64,000 nucleotides of DNA, taken from IMG/VR virus record IMGVR_UViG_3300042939_001032, positions 24,749 to 88,748 of that record; one strand, 5' to 3'. The stretch comes from a virus (lineage: Duplodnaviria > Caudoviricetes). The position numbers were made by a program, and so were the translations under genes. The notes under the pieces were generated by a model. It saw only the letters and a program-made list of their open reading frames with translations. It was not told where the DNA came from and ran no database searches. Position 1 is the first letter of the stretch, and each line of letters begins with the position of its first letter. Shown here piece by piece: positions 37,127 to 46,250 of the stretch.

Positions 37127-39298
37127 ATGCTTGGGGACTATGCCCCCTCGGATTGGGGAATCGCGGATAAAACTGAGTGGGTGGCGGAACAGCCGCTGGA
37201 GGGCGAGGCTAGAATGCCCGCGCTGGAGGGTAGAGATGTTGTTGGGTTTTCTGAGGCAGTTAGCTTTGCTGTTGGGCAACTAAAGCAACAGCCGGCTCAT
37301 GGCAACAGGAAGCAGGCGGCTATGGTCCATAAATGCGACCCTGGATTCCATGCTCAAGGTAACCAGTGCGTTCAAAGTAGCACAGCTCCTAAGCCAAAAG
37401 GTAGTGTAAGAACTCTTCCTCAAAAAAGAACCGGGGCGCAGATTCAGGAGGGAATGGCAAAAGCTCTCGATAGAAAAGGAGTAACTGAAGAAACGCAATC
37501 GCAACCTAAGCAAGAAGCGCAACCCAAACCAAAACCAGAACCAGAACCTAAATCAGAAAAGCAGCCAAAGCCCAGCGAAGAAGCAACTGGATCTACTACT
37601 TTAAATCAAGCTCACTCCCAGAGAGAAGCTTTTCTAAAAGATCGTAATCGTGACCCGTCTATGTACATAGACACACAAATGGTCGGTAGAGGGAAAGAAA
37701 GAACAACTATCAGAAACTACATAGAATCAAGGTTAGGCAGTAATCCAAAACTCAAAGATGCTGCAACTAGTGCGTTAGAATTTATGTCTCTGTGGGTAGA
37801 CGGAGACGGAAAAAGAATATCCGGTGATGCTATAAAGGAAGGCAAAACCGCTCAGGACGTAAAACAATTTAGTCTAGAATACAAATTAAATTCAGATGGA
37901 TCAGTATCACAGATAGATCCAAGTGAAGAAGGGGAACAGAGAGCGTTTAGAAATTATAATGAACTAGAGTCCGTACTAAATGGCCCTATTAAGAAAGCCC
38001 TATTAGCCGCTGGATTAACAGAGGAAGATCTATCAGAGCATCCTCCACAGAAACCCAATTTGAAAGGGCTCCCTAAAGAACAGAAAGAGGCTGTTAAAGC
38101 AGAATATGAACAAAAACTCTCCGCCTATAACCAGAGGGAAAAGAAAAGAGCAGCGTTGGCGGAAAACCTCTCCTCCGATGTAATGCAGGAGCACCTGCAG
38201 GAATCCGAGAGAAAGACCTTCGGATCCCCGCTGGATTCGTTCAAGGATTTGACTCCCGAAGAGCAGGATCAAATAGTTGACATTATCTATCCGCTTCTGC
38301 CCCCCACTCTTAAAGGCAGGTTCGATAAGGTTGGAAGTCCTAGGAAAAACATATTTGGCGGATACGAAATCCAAGATGGCAAAAAAACACCAGTTTACGC
38401 TGACAAAATTACCTCAACTCGCGGTAAAGGTATGCTAAAAAAATACCTTGTTCAAGGAGGAATAGATGGATACACCCAAGATCCAACCATTATGGGTCCT
38501 TTTACTTTAACGCTTGATCACGTACTTCCGTCAGCTAAGGGCGGTGGGGATCATCCTGATAATGGAGTCTTTACGCGAGGAGGGTTGAACACCCATCTAA
38601 GCGATAATAATTTCCTGTGGCTATATAGATCAGCATTAGGAGAGAAGGAAAGGCTTAATCAACTTTCCGAGAATCCAGAGGAACAAAAACGCTTATACAA
38701 TGACGCTCAAAGTGCCGCGTATAAATCTCAATTTGGAACTTCGGTGGCGTTATCGCAGGCTGGCACCGGTAAAAAATTAAGCGAGGGTGCTCTTAATAAC
38801 TCAAGGGGTAATTTGACTGGAGATATGCGAAAGGACATTGGAATGATCTCAAAAAACGTTCTTGATAACGATCTTCGAGAAGCAAATGCAACTTCTTTGG
38901 ATCCATCTTCGGCGGAAGTGCAAGAATTTGTTAAGAAACAAACTCTTAAGATCCTTGGAATATCATATTTTGGAACTTCTCACCCCAACGCACCAGCCCC
39001 AAGCGAAAAAGGCATGTCTTCTCCAATGCAAAATCTACTCTGGGGAGGAATATCTTCCAAACTTAAAGAAGGGCAATCCTTCGATGAAATAAATAACGCG
39101 ATATCAGATATCAAAAACACTTTAGCAGCCTCTTTGCTATCAGGGACGGTGGCAGGAAATAGATACCTATCTAAGATAGGCGGTGCATCTGATCAAGATA
39201 CAGAGAGTGTCTTTAAAGCGGGAGTTGAAAAACTTTCTCAATTCATCGGAAGGAATGTTTCCGATGCCGAAATCAACATGCTCAGGAGCCAATTCTAA
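37127..39298 (+). CDS. Large protein with a short leader, P/K/E linker and HNH-like nuclease domain
   Basis: LTLDHVLPSAKGGGDHPDNGVFTRGGLN; leader YAPSDWGI..GFSE; body visibly AT-richer than the genome. Confidence 0.7.
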   Translation: MLGDYAPSDWGIADKTEWVAEQPLEGEARMPALEGRDVVGFSEAVSFAVGQLKQQPAHGNRKQAAMVHKCDPGFHAQGNQCVQSSTAPKPKGSVRTLPQKRTGAQIQEGMAKALDRKGVTEETQSQPKQEAQPKPKPEPEPKSEKQPKPSEEATGSTTLNQAHSQREAFLKDRNRDPSMYIDTQMVGRGKERTTIRNYIESRLGSNPKLKDAATSALEFMSLWVDGDGKRISGDAIKEGKTAQDVKQFSLEYKLNSDGSVSQIDPSEEGEQRAFRNYNELESVLNGPIKKALLAAGLTEEDLSEHPPQKPNLKGLPKEQKEAVKAEYEQKLSAYNQREKKRAALAENLSSDVMQEHLQESERKTFGSPLDSFKDLTPEEQDQIVDIIYPLLPPTLKGRFDKVGSPRKNIFGGYEIQDGKKTPVYADKITSTRGKGMLKKYLVQGGIDGYTQDPTIMGPFTLTLDHVLPSAKGGGDHPDNGVFTRGGLNTHLSDNNFLWLYRSALGEKERLNQLSENPEEQKRLYNDAQSAAYKSQFGTSVALSQAGTGKKLSEGALNNSRGNLTGDMRKDIGMISKNVLDNDLREANATSLDPSSAEVQEFVKKQTLKILGISYFGTSHPNAPAPSEKGMSSPMQNLLWGGISSKLKEGQSFDEINNAISDIKNTLAASLLSGTVAGNRYLSKIGGASDQDTESVFKAGVEKLSQFIGRNVSDAEINMLRSQF

Positions 39299-39774
39299 TG
39301 GGAATAAAAGACTGGAAAAACTCCATATTTCAGTATTTGAAGGATTCTGGGGTAAAAGATCCCAAGTCCGTGATGTCAAAGCATGAGAGTCTGTTAAACT
39401 ACTTCTATATCAAGAAGATGTTGCCAGAAGACGTAAATCTATTCTTTGGCGATAAGTTAACAAAACTCTCCCAGGCGGACTATATGGAAATCCTTAGGGC
39501 TAAGCGGGGCTCATCCGCCTCCAATGCCGAAGGCAGGGGTACCAATTACGCCGATTCCATGGTATTCTATAAGGGGAAAGTGCTGGGGCGTTGCCCGGCA
39601 GGAACAACGCGCTCCGGTAAGACGTGCGTTCCTGGCGCCTCAGCCACGCCGAAAGGCCCCGGGTACAACACCCCAGACCTAGGTGGACTGACTCTGGCCC
39701 AAGTTAGGGCGCTCTCCAAAGCCAAGTCCACCGACGATATTATCAAAGCTCACCAAAAACAAGATAGACAATGA
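39298..39774 (+). CDS. Hypothetical protein with NYAD site and CPAG..GKTCVP minidomain
   Basis: TAATG coupling to the upstream gene; motif shared with 37127 (CDPG..GNQCV). Confidence 0.65.
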   Translation: MGIKDWKNSIFQYLKDSGVKDPKSVMSKHESLLNYFYIKKMLPEDVNLFFGDKLTKLSQADYMEILRAKRGSSASNAEGRGTNYADSMVFYKGKVLGRCPAGTTRSGKTCVPGASATPKGPGYNTPDLGGLTLAQVRALSKAKSTDDIIKAHQKQDRQ

Positions 39775-40010
39775 TCGAACGTATCACAAAGCCCATCCGC
39801 TTTGATAAGGATGTGCCATGGCTCGTAGTGGCCCACGACGGGGAGAAGTTCTTCGTCGCCAAGGAGGATGTCATCGCCGAGGACCCGCAGATGGAACTCA
39901 TCGAGATGGGGAGTCGGTCCCTGCTCCAGTGGGCCATGGAGTACGACTACCCTCTCCGTAAGTTCGTTAAGCTCCAGCGCCTCCTCATTGACAAGTATTT
40001 CGGGGCCTAG
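39771..40010 (+). CDS. Hypothetical protein
   Basis: ATGA overlap; phage-like codon usage. Confidence 0.6.
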   Translation: MIERITKPIRFDKDVPWLVVAHDGEKFFVAKEDVIAEDPQMELIEMGSRSLLQWAMEYDYPLRKFVKLQRLLIDKYFGA

Positions 40011-40063
40011 ACAAACCCCACCGGGGTGTGATAGAATGGACTCATAACCCCTAAAGTGAGTCC

Positions 40064-40909
40064 ATGCCCCAACCCCTCCTCCCCTTCGACCTCCAGTACA
40101 TCAAGATCGCTCGAGAGATCCTCGACGAGGGCACTGAGGTCGTAGGCCGCAATAACCTCCGCTACAAGCAGATGTTCGGCCAGACCATCAAGGTCGACCT
40201 GCGACTGGGCTTCCCCGCTCTCACGCTGCGCAAGATGCCCGTCCGCAACCTCTTCCGGGAGTTCATGTGGGACGTCAATGGGGACTACAGGGTCAGCAAT
40301 CTCGGCCCCGCCAAGCACTTCTGGGACTTCCTCGCCGACGCCGAAGGCCGCCTGGCTGGAGCCTACGGACGAAGCTGGCGAGCCTGGCCTCAAGTCTGCC
40401 CCGAGCAGAACATGCAGTGGGAGAACTTCCGTGCCGAACCATTCGACCAACTCAAGTGGATCTGGGAGCAGCTCCGCACCAACCCGACAAATCGCCAACT
40501 GGTGCTTCAGACTTTTAACCCTGCTTACGATTCTCTTCACTGCCCTCCTTGTCATCCTAACCTCACTTTTTCTAGCGATGGGGCTTATCTTGATCTGATG
40601 GTCAATGCCCGGAGCAACGACATGGCCACCGGGGTGCCGTTGGATATGTTCCGCTACGGCCTCCTTGTCACCAAGATGGCGCAGGACGCCGGGTTGGTAC
40701 CGCGCTACGTGATGTTCGCCTCGGCCAACAACCACATCTACTCCCAGAACGAACTCGCCATCAAGTCCATCATCACCAACTCCCCCATGGCCTCTTGCGA
40801 CGTCTGGATCAACAACACCAAACCCATCTTCGACCTCGATCCGGAGACCGACTTCGAGCTCATCGACTACCGCTCCCATCCCGCCACGAAGATGGACGTT
40901 GCTAACTGA
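40064..40909 (+). CDS. Thymidylate synthase homologue, predicted dCMP (hydroxy)methylase
   Basis: GFP.LT.RK, YG..WR, DQL, PPCH, RSND..GVPLD (Asp at the dUMP-specifying Asn site), HIY; TAGACA-18-TAGAAT promoter. Confidence 0.8.
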   Translation: MPQPLLPFDLQYIKIAREILDEGTEVVGRNNLRYKQMFGQTIKVDLRLGFPALTLRKMPVRNLFREFMWDVNGDYRVSNLGPAKHFWDFLADAEGRLAGAYGRSWRAWPQVCPEQNMQWENFRAEPFDQLKWIWEQLRTNPTNRQLVLQTFNPAYDSLHCPPCHPNLTFSSDGAYLDLMVNARSNDMATGVPLDMFRYGLLVTKMAQDAGLVPRYVMFASANNHIYSQNELAIKSIITNSPMASCDVWINNTKPIFDLDPETDFELIDYRSHPATKMDVAN

Positions 40910-42183
40910 TGCCCCTACCGGAATACGACCACACCACCACTCTACTCGAAGATGTATTTGAGCCCCTCCTCGATCCTCATTGTCCGGTCTACGTCATTGA
41001 TTTCAAGGTTTGTGCGCACTTCGTATGTAATTACGCGGAGGCGGCTGAGGATGCTTCGCGTGGGTCAGAGGAGGAGCTCAGGAAGATCCTGAGAGCAATG
41101 TGGGCCTACAGACTCAACCGAGGCCCTGACATGCTCCCTCCTATGCCCTTCGTGGGCCTGCTGGCGGACGATTTCAAGGGAGTGTTGTCGGAGGATTTCT
41201 CCGAGGCCGCGGTGAGTGGCAAGGGGTACTGGAGGCATATCGAGGCGCACAAGCTCTCCATGCCAGAGTACAAGGGCGGGAGGGGCGAAAAAACGGCCTT
41301 CTTCGATCTTGTTCAGGAGGAGGGGTACAAGTACATCAACTCCCCCGGCTCCACCTTCCACTACTTCGCCAAGGAGTTCTTCGAAGCGGACGACATCGCC
41401 GGCCACGTCTGCAGGCTGAAGCGCAAAGCCCGCAAGAGTTCCAAGCTGGGCAAACGCCAGATCCTCCTAGGTACTCTGGACGGGGATTGGCAGGGGCTCG
41501 TCTCCGACCACCACGACATCATCTGGGCCAATACCGGCCCCTGGCTTCCGCGACTTCGCTCGGAGCGCGAGGTCTGCGACTACTACCTCCGTAAGGAGGG
41601 AATGCATATCACCTCCGCCAGAGGCTGCTACGACTTCAAAGTGGAGTACGGCGATCTTGGCGACAACCTCTACCCAGGCACACCTTTACGATTTTTCGAC
41701 CTATATGACGAGGACACTGAATGGCGTTTTACGGACAAAGATACCCGGCGCTTACTCAAAGTACTTAACAGCACAACTCCATCCAACCGGCCGGATCACA
41801 TGGAATCCGCGCGAGTCTTCCTGCTTCGCAGAGGACTCTTCCTCCCTGAGATCCCTGCTACCTGGCACGAGGATAAGAACTCCTACTTTAAGAGGGCCAG
41901 CAAAGCCCGACTCGAGAACTCCCACCCCGACCTCACCGGGCGGAATCGGACTCTTTGCATGGAGAGAGTCTCCGACATTGAGGTTTTTGAGAAGTGCAAA
42001 GATCTCGCTATCGAGGACTCTAAGGCCCACTCCGAGATAAAGAGGGAGACGGAGAACCTGCGGCAGTGCCGCGAAGCCGAGGACAAGAAGTGCGTCAAGG
42101 AGCTGCGGACCCTGCTCCGCGGCCTCAAGGACCTCCGCTCCTCCATCAAGGAGCAACTTTCACAACTGGTTACGGGTTCTTGA
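40909..42183 (+). CDS. 5'-3' exonuclease / flap endonuclease (T4 RNase H-like)
   Basis: YKGGR, FEADDIAG, DGDWQGL, GDLGDNL. Confidence 0.85.
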   Translation: MPLPEYDHTTTLLEDVFEPLLDPHCPVYVIDFKVCAHFVCNYAEAAEDASRGSEEELRKILRAMWAYRLNRGPDMLPPMPFVGLLADDFKGVLSEDFSEAAVSGKGYWRHIEAHKLSMPEYKGGRGEKTAFFDLVQEEGYKYINSPGSTFHYFAKEFFEADDIAGHVCRLKRKARKSSKLGKRQILLGTLDGDWQGLVSDHHDIIWANTGPWLPRLRSEREVCDYYLRKEGMHITSARGCYDFKVEYGDLGDNLYPGTPLRFFDLYDEDTEWRFTDKDTRRLLKVLNSTTPSNRPDHMESARVFLLRRGLFLPEIPATWHEDKNSYFKRASKARLENSHPDLTGRNRTLCMERVSDIEVFEKCKDLAIEDSKAHSEIKRETENLRQCREAEDKKCVKELRTLLRGLKDLRSSIKEQLSQLVTGS

Positions 42184-42208
42184 CTCGGGCCTCCAACTGA
42201 TCTATAAT
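42180..42208 (+). promoter_or_regulatory. Sigma70-type promoter
   Basis: TTGACT-17-TATAAT. Confidence 0.75.
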
Positions 42209-42239
42209 AGTCCCATCTAGCGTGGGACTTTTTTACTAC

Positions 42240-44084
42240 ATGGCGGAATCGAAAAACCAAGGGCACTCCTCCGCGAAGGACACCCTAGCCTCGGGGGCCA
42301 TCGGCCCCTCAAGGATGTACAAGCGGATCCTGGCCTGGGCCGAGAATCGCGGCTACTACCTCCGGTTTAACTACGACGCCAAACTGACAGGCTACCACTC
42401 CCTCTACGAGGAGCACAACCCGGCCAAGGACCCCCTCTCTCCCAAGTCCGTGAAGTTCCCGGACTGGTTCCAGTTCCTCGTGCCAGCGTCCGAGATCCGG
42501 CTGGAGACCGCGCAGGAAACAATCCTGGACGATGATGTGCTCCACGAGATCAGTGCCGACGAGCAGGAGTTCGCCACCCCGCTCTTCGTATATCGCTCCG
42601 GGCGTAGCAGCGAGATCACCGACCATGTCCTCGGCGTCGAGAACCTCAAGGCCATGAGGCACCGGAAGTTGGGTGGTGGGCAGTACCAGCTCGGTATCGC
42701 TCACTCCCCGGCAACCATGCAGGGTAAGAAGGACGCCGTTCGTGAGACCTACGCCTACGTTCCTGAGAAGGAGTGGTTCGATGAAGGCCTTAGAGACCTG
42801 GAGTTTGAAGATATTATCCGCATCTTCCCCCACCACGAGGCGCAGATGATGAAACTGATCATCGGCCGGGCGTGTGTAGGCCGGACCGGCGCCATCCACC
42901 CCGGCACCCACAAGCTCCTCGAGCACGGGTTCAGGAAAGCCGGTGTGGTGATCGGTGAGCCCGGAGTCGGCAAGACTCTCACCCTCAATGGCATCCTCAA
43001 CGCCATGAAGTACGTCGGTTATGACGTTTCCTCCATGGGCGACTTCGGCGCCCGCTTCAACCAGGGAAACGTAGTCACCTCCCACCTCGCCTACAACGAC
43101 GACCTCACCCTCGATAGCCTGGAACGGATGTTGAAGGCGCACAGCTTCAAGTCCGTGGTTACCGGGGGTACGGAGAAGATCGAGAATAAGGGCGTGGACG
43201 CCATCGAGGTGGTCGCCAACACCGTCATTCTGGCGAACTGCAACGAGTGGAAACCCGAGATCACCTACTCGCTCGATAGCGGGGCGATCAGCCGCCTGGC
43301 GCCCATCTCCACCTACCGACTCTTCGAGCTGGAGGAGATCAGCGAAATCAAGCGCCACGACGTCCACCCCGGCTCGCACATCCCGTGGCTCTGTAAGAAG
43401 TACGACACCGACCCGATGTCGCTCTACCTCCGTGTGCTACGCGACTGCACGGACTTCTTCATGAGTAGGTGCCAGGAATCCGAGGACGTCCACTTCTACT
43501 CCGAGTCCCTGCTCCCCTACATGCGAATCCAGATCCACAAGAACTCGCTGGAGTGCTTCATCCGCTTCGGTTTCCTGGCCTACGCCATCCGCCAGCGCCA
43601 GGCCAAGGGAGGATGGTTGCCCGAGCTCACTCTCGGGTCACTGGCCGAAGTGCTGGAGGCTACACGTTTCCTGATGATTGACAAGAGAGCGAACAACTTC
43701 CGCAACCTTCTCAAGGACGACTGGAATGGCCGTAAGAGGTCGCAGTGGCACCCTTACTGGGCACAGCGCAAGCTCCTCATCACGTCCATCGACAAAGCCT
43801 ACGAGATCTTCAACGCCTACAAGAACGATAAGGACGTGGCCCTGACTACAGAGAACGTGTTCGAGGTACTTCGCCTTCGCGACGGCTTCTCCATGGGTAA
43901 GAAGATGACGCACATCGTCCGCACCTGGGAGATGGTGAAAGGCGAGAAGAACAAGATCTACGAACTCGCGGAATCCATCGTGGAGCAGATGACGGAGGCG
44001 GAGTTGGAGCCGATCTTCTCAGACACTACCAAGGCCAGCGTGGAGTGGATCTACGACCCAACCTACGACCCTCAAAAAGTATAA
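42240..44084 (+). CDS. SF3 / D5-like helicase
   Basis: GEPGVGKT, YNDD Walker B, KSVVTGG..IENKG, ILANCN. Confidence 0.8.
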   Translation: MAESKNQGHSSAKDTLASGAIGPSRMYKRILAWAENRGYYLRFNYDAKLTGYHSLYEEHNPAKDPLSPKSVKFPDWFQFLVPASEIRLETAQETILDDDVLHEISADEQEFATPLFVYRSGRSSEITDHVLGVENLKAMRHRKLGGGQYQLGIAHSPATMQGKKDAVRETYAYVPEKEWFDEGLRDLEFEDIIRIFPHHEAQMMKLIIGRACVGRTGAIHPGTHKLLEHGFRKAGVVIGEPGVGKTLTLNGILNAMKYVGYDVSSMGDFGARFNQGNVVTSHLAYNDDLTLDSLERMLKAHSFKSVVTGGTEKIENKGVDAIEVVANTVILANCNEWKPEITYSLDSGAISRLAPISTYRLFELEEISEIKRHDVHPGSHIPWLCKKYDTDPMSLYLRVLRDCTDFFMSRCQESEDVHFYSESLLPYMRIQIHKNSLECFIRFGFLAYAIRQRQAKGGWLPELTLGSLAEVLEATRFLMIDKRANNFRNLLKDDWNGRKRSQWHPYWAQRKLLITSIDKAYEIFNAYKNDKDVALTTENVFEVLRLRDGFSMGKKMTHIVRTWEMVKGEKNKIYELAESIVEQMTEAELEPIFSDTTKASVEWIYDPTYDPQKV

Positions 44085-44128
44085 ATAATAATAGTTTATA
44101 GAATATATTATCTGCGCTTTGCTACCCC

Positions 44129-44266
44129 ATGAGAAAAGCATCCACTAAAATCATCCAGGTGGACGAATTGCTCCATCAACAACTGCTCATCCTCAAAGCT
44201 TCCAATGGCTTTAAAAACCTCTCTCAGACGATCAAGTACTATCTGGACAAAGCGGATAGAGGATGA
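44129..44266 (+). CDS. Ribbon-helix-helix-like small protein (45 aa), not in ORF track
   Basis: MRKASTKIIQVDELLHQQLLILKASNGFKNLSQTIKYYLDKADRG; ATGA coupling to the endonuclease. Confidence 0.65.
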   Translation: MRKASTKIIQVDELLHQQLLILKASNGFKNLSQTIKYYLDKADRG

Positions 44267-44838
44267 ACTACCTGAGAACCTACGTAAGACTTATCAGGAA
44301 GTTCCAGAATCAACCCGAACCAGAAACGTACGAAAAGCACCACGTTTTTCCTAAGAGCATTTATGGCAAAAATAACTACGTTGTGAAGTTGACTCCTAGG
44401 CAGCATTACATTGCTCATGCGCTGCTGTACAAGGGGCTCGTGAAAAGGTACGGGCCCTCCGACTGGAGAACAAAGAAGATGATGCACGCCTTTTGGTTTA
44501 TGCACGCTTTAGGTCCAAGACACAACGGAAGATATACTAGTGCCCGGCTCTACGAGACTATCAGAGTAGACTTTGTCAAGTCTTTGAGGGAGCAAAACAT
44601 GAAAAAGGAACGCAATCCTTTCTTTGGTCAAAAACACTCCGTTTTAACTAGACGTAAGCTTAGTCTTATGAACGGAGGAACTGGCCAAGTAGACGGGTTA
44701 TTCGAGTACTTTGACGAGAAATTCACAAAATTCTTGGATAGAGAACACCCGGCCGATTGGAAGCGTAGCAAGAAAAAGCTTAAGTGCAAACTAGGTCAGT
44801 TAGAGGACGTATTGAGATCTCTTTCCGTAGCGATCTAG
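44263..44838 (+). mobile_element. Free-standing HNH homing endonuclease with NUMOD3-like repeat
   Basis: YEKHHVFPKS..N..VKLTPRQHYIAH.LL; NPFFGQKHS..TRRKLS; AT-rich gene and flanks. Confidence 0.85.
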
Positions 44839-44935
44839 TATAAAAAGTTATAAATTTACGATCTCACACATTGTCACAGTTTAGGTTTGTAAAAAATGTG
44901 AGGGGGGGTCCTTCCCCCCATCCTATAATAACTCC

Positions 44936-45925
44936 ATGAAACCATCAGCGCTAATCTCCCTCGACCACGAGCAGTGGGACCACAAACCGTCCATCAAGCT
45001 CCAGTACAGGGACCAGGTAGACAAGTTCGGTAACCCACGCTCGGAGGTCCGTGTCATCGGCGCCCGTATCGGCTCCGATGTGGAGAAGGTTACCCCAACC
45101 TCCCTGGCCCGATTCGTCTCGCGAGGGCAGACCTGGAGCCCCTTCGTCTTCAACGAGTGCCCGCAGTGGAAACGACCACGACGCGTCGAAGCCCTCTTCA
45201 AGAGTTGCCAGGTGTTTGCGCTGGACTTCGATAATGGTGAGAGCGTAAAGGATGTGGTGGCTCAGGCGGAGGCTCTGGGCCTCTCTTTCAACCTCATCCA
45301 CCACTCGTTCTCCAGCACCCCGGAGCACTTCAAGCTCCGCGGGATTCTGTTCGTCGAGAAGGAGATCGTGGAGTTTGACACCGCTCGGCTCTACTCCACG
45401 GCCCTCGCTCACGCTTTCGGTGGGGCGGATAAGCAGTGCATTGACGTCGCCCGGCTCTACTTCGGCTCACGCGCCGATTCCATCGTCAGCGTGAGTTCCG
45501 ACTCAGTGGTGGAGGTGGCTACTCTGGAGAGGATCGCCAGCTCCGTGGGAGCGGAGAGGTTCCTGGTGAAGGGGGAGCGGAATGTCTCCAAGCCGGACAG
45601 CACCGAGTGGGGGGATGCCAAGGTGCAGCGCTCCCTCCTCGCCGGTCTCACTCCTTCCAAGAGGGCCTACGTCAAACGTAAGGTGCTCGGGATCCTCAAG
45701 GACGTGGAGGCTTTCGATGGCTCCAAGGGATCGAGGTACGAGTGCGTGTGGCGTAACGCGAGCCGACTGTCCCGAATGCCGGAGGTGGTGGGGAGCGCCG
45801 TGTACCAGTGGATGCTCGAGTCCATCGAGAAGAACCCGCACTTCGCCAACTGGGACTGGGATGCTAGTAGCGTCGTCATGAACGCCATCGAGTGGAGCAG
45901 CACCCACGCCGACGACCCGGTTTAA
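44936..45925 (+). CDS. Primase (AEP / primase-polymerase-like)
   Basis: ALDFDNG, HHSFSS..KLR, DKQCIDVARLYFG; near the helicase. Confidence 0.75.
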   Translation: MKPSALISLDHEQWDHKPSIKLQYRDQVDKFGNPRSEVRVIGARIGSDVEKVTPTSLARFVSRGQTWSPFVFNECPQWKRPRRVEALFKSCQVFALDFDNGESVKDVVAQAEALGLSFNLIHHSFSSTPEHFKLRGILFVEKEIVEFDTARLYSTALAHAFGGADKQCIDVARLYFGSRADSIVSVSSDSVVEVATLERIASSVGAERFLVKGERNVSKPDSTEWGDAKVQRSLLAGLTPSKRAYVKRKVLGILKDVEAFDGSKGSRYECVWRNASRLSRMPEVVGSAVYQWMLESIEKNPHFANWDWDASSVVMNAIEWSSTHADDPV

Positions 45926-45933
45926 AGTTGAGG

Positions 45934-46203
45934 ATGTACAACGCGTTCTCGTCGACCAACTTCGATCTTAAGTTAGGAAGCAACTTCTCCGTACCTAAAA
46001 CAACTTTTGATTTCAGAGCCGCGGCCGATTTTGACGGCGCGAGAGCTTTCAGAGACCCCAATCTGAGGAACTTCAATCTGGGTCTTGAAAATCTCAACTT
46101 CAACGCCGACTACTCCACGGCTTTCGCGGCAGAAAACGTCGAGGCCTCAAGCCCCGAACCCTCTCCCCCTTCCACTCGCCCTTACATCTGGAAGTACCAA
46201 TGA
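45934..46203 (+). CDS. Hypothetical Phe/Asn-rich protein
   Basis: ATG 6 nt after GTTTAAAG (45920-45927). Confidence 0.5.
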   Translation: MYNAFSSTNFDLKLGSNFSVPKTTFDFRAAADFDGARAFRDPNLRNFNLGLENLNFNADYSTAFAAENVEASSPEPSPPSTRPYIWKYQ

Positions 46204-46212
46204 CGGGTTAGG

Positions 46213-46220
46213 GTTTAAAG
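46213..46220 (+). promoter_or_regulatory. GTTTAAAG late-promoter box
   Basis: Exact motif 30 nt upstream of the tail operon. Confidence 0.6.
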
Positions 46221-46250
46221 ACTCAGTATAGTGCCAGTAGGCCGAGTCTG

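Noticed and set aside
40064-40909. Plain redundant thyA
   Set aside because: The dUMP-specifying Asn is replaced by Asp and ThyX is present, so the thyA symbol was withheld.
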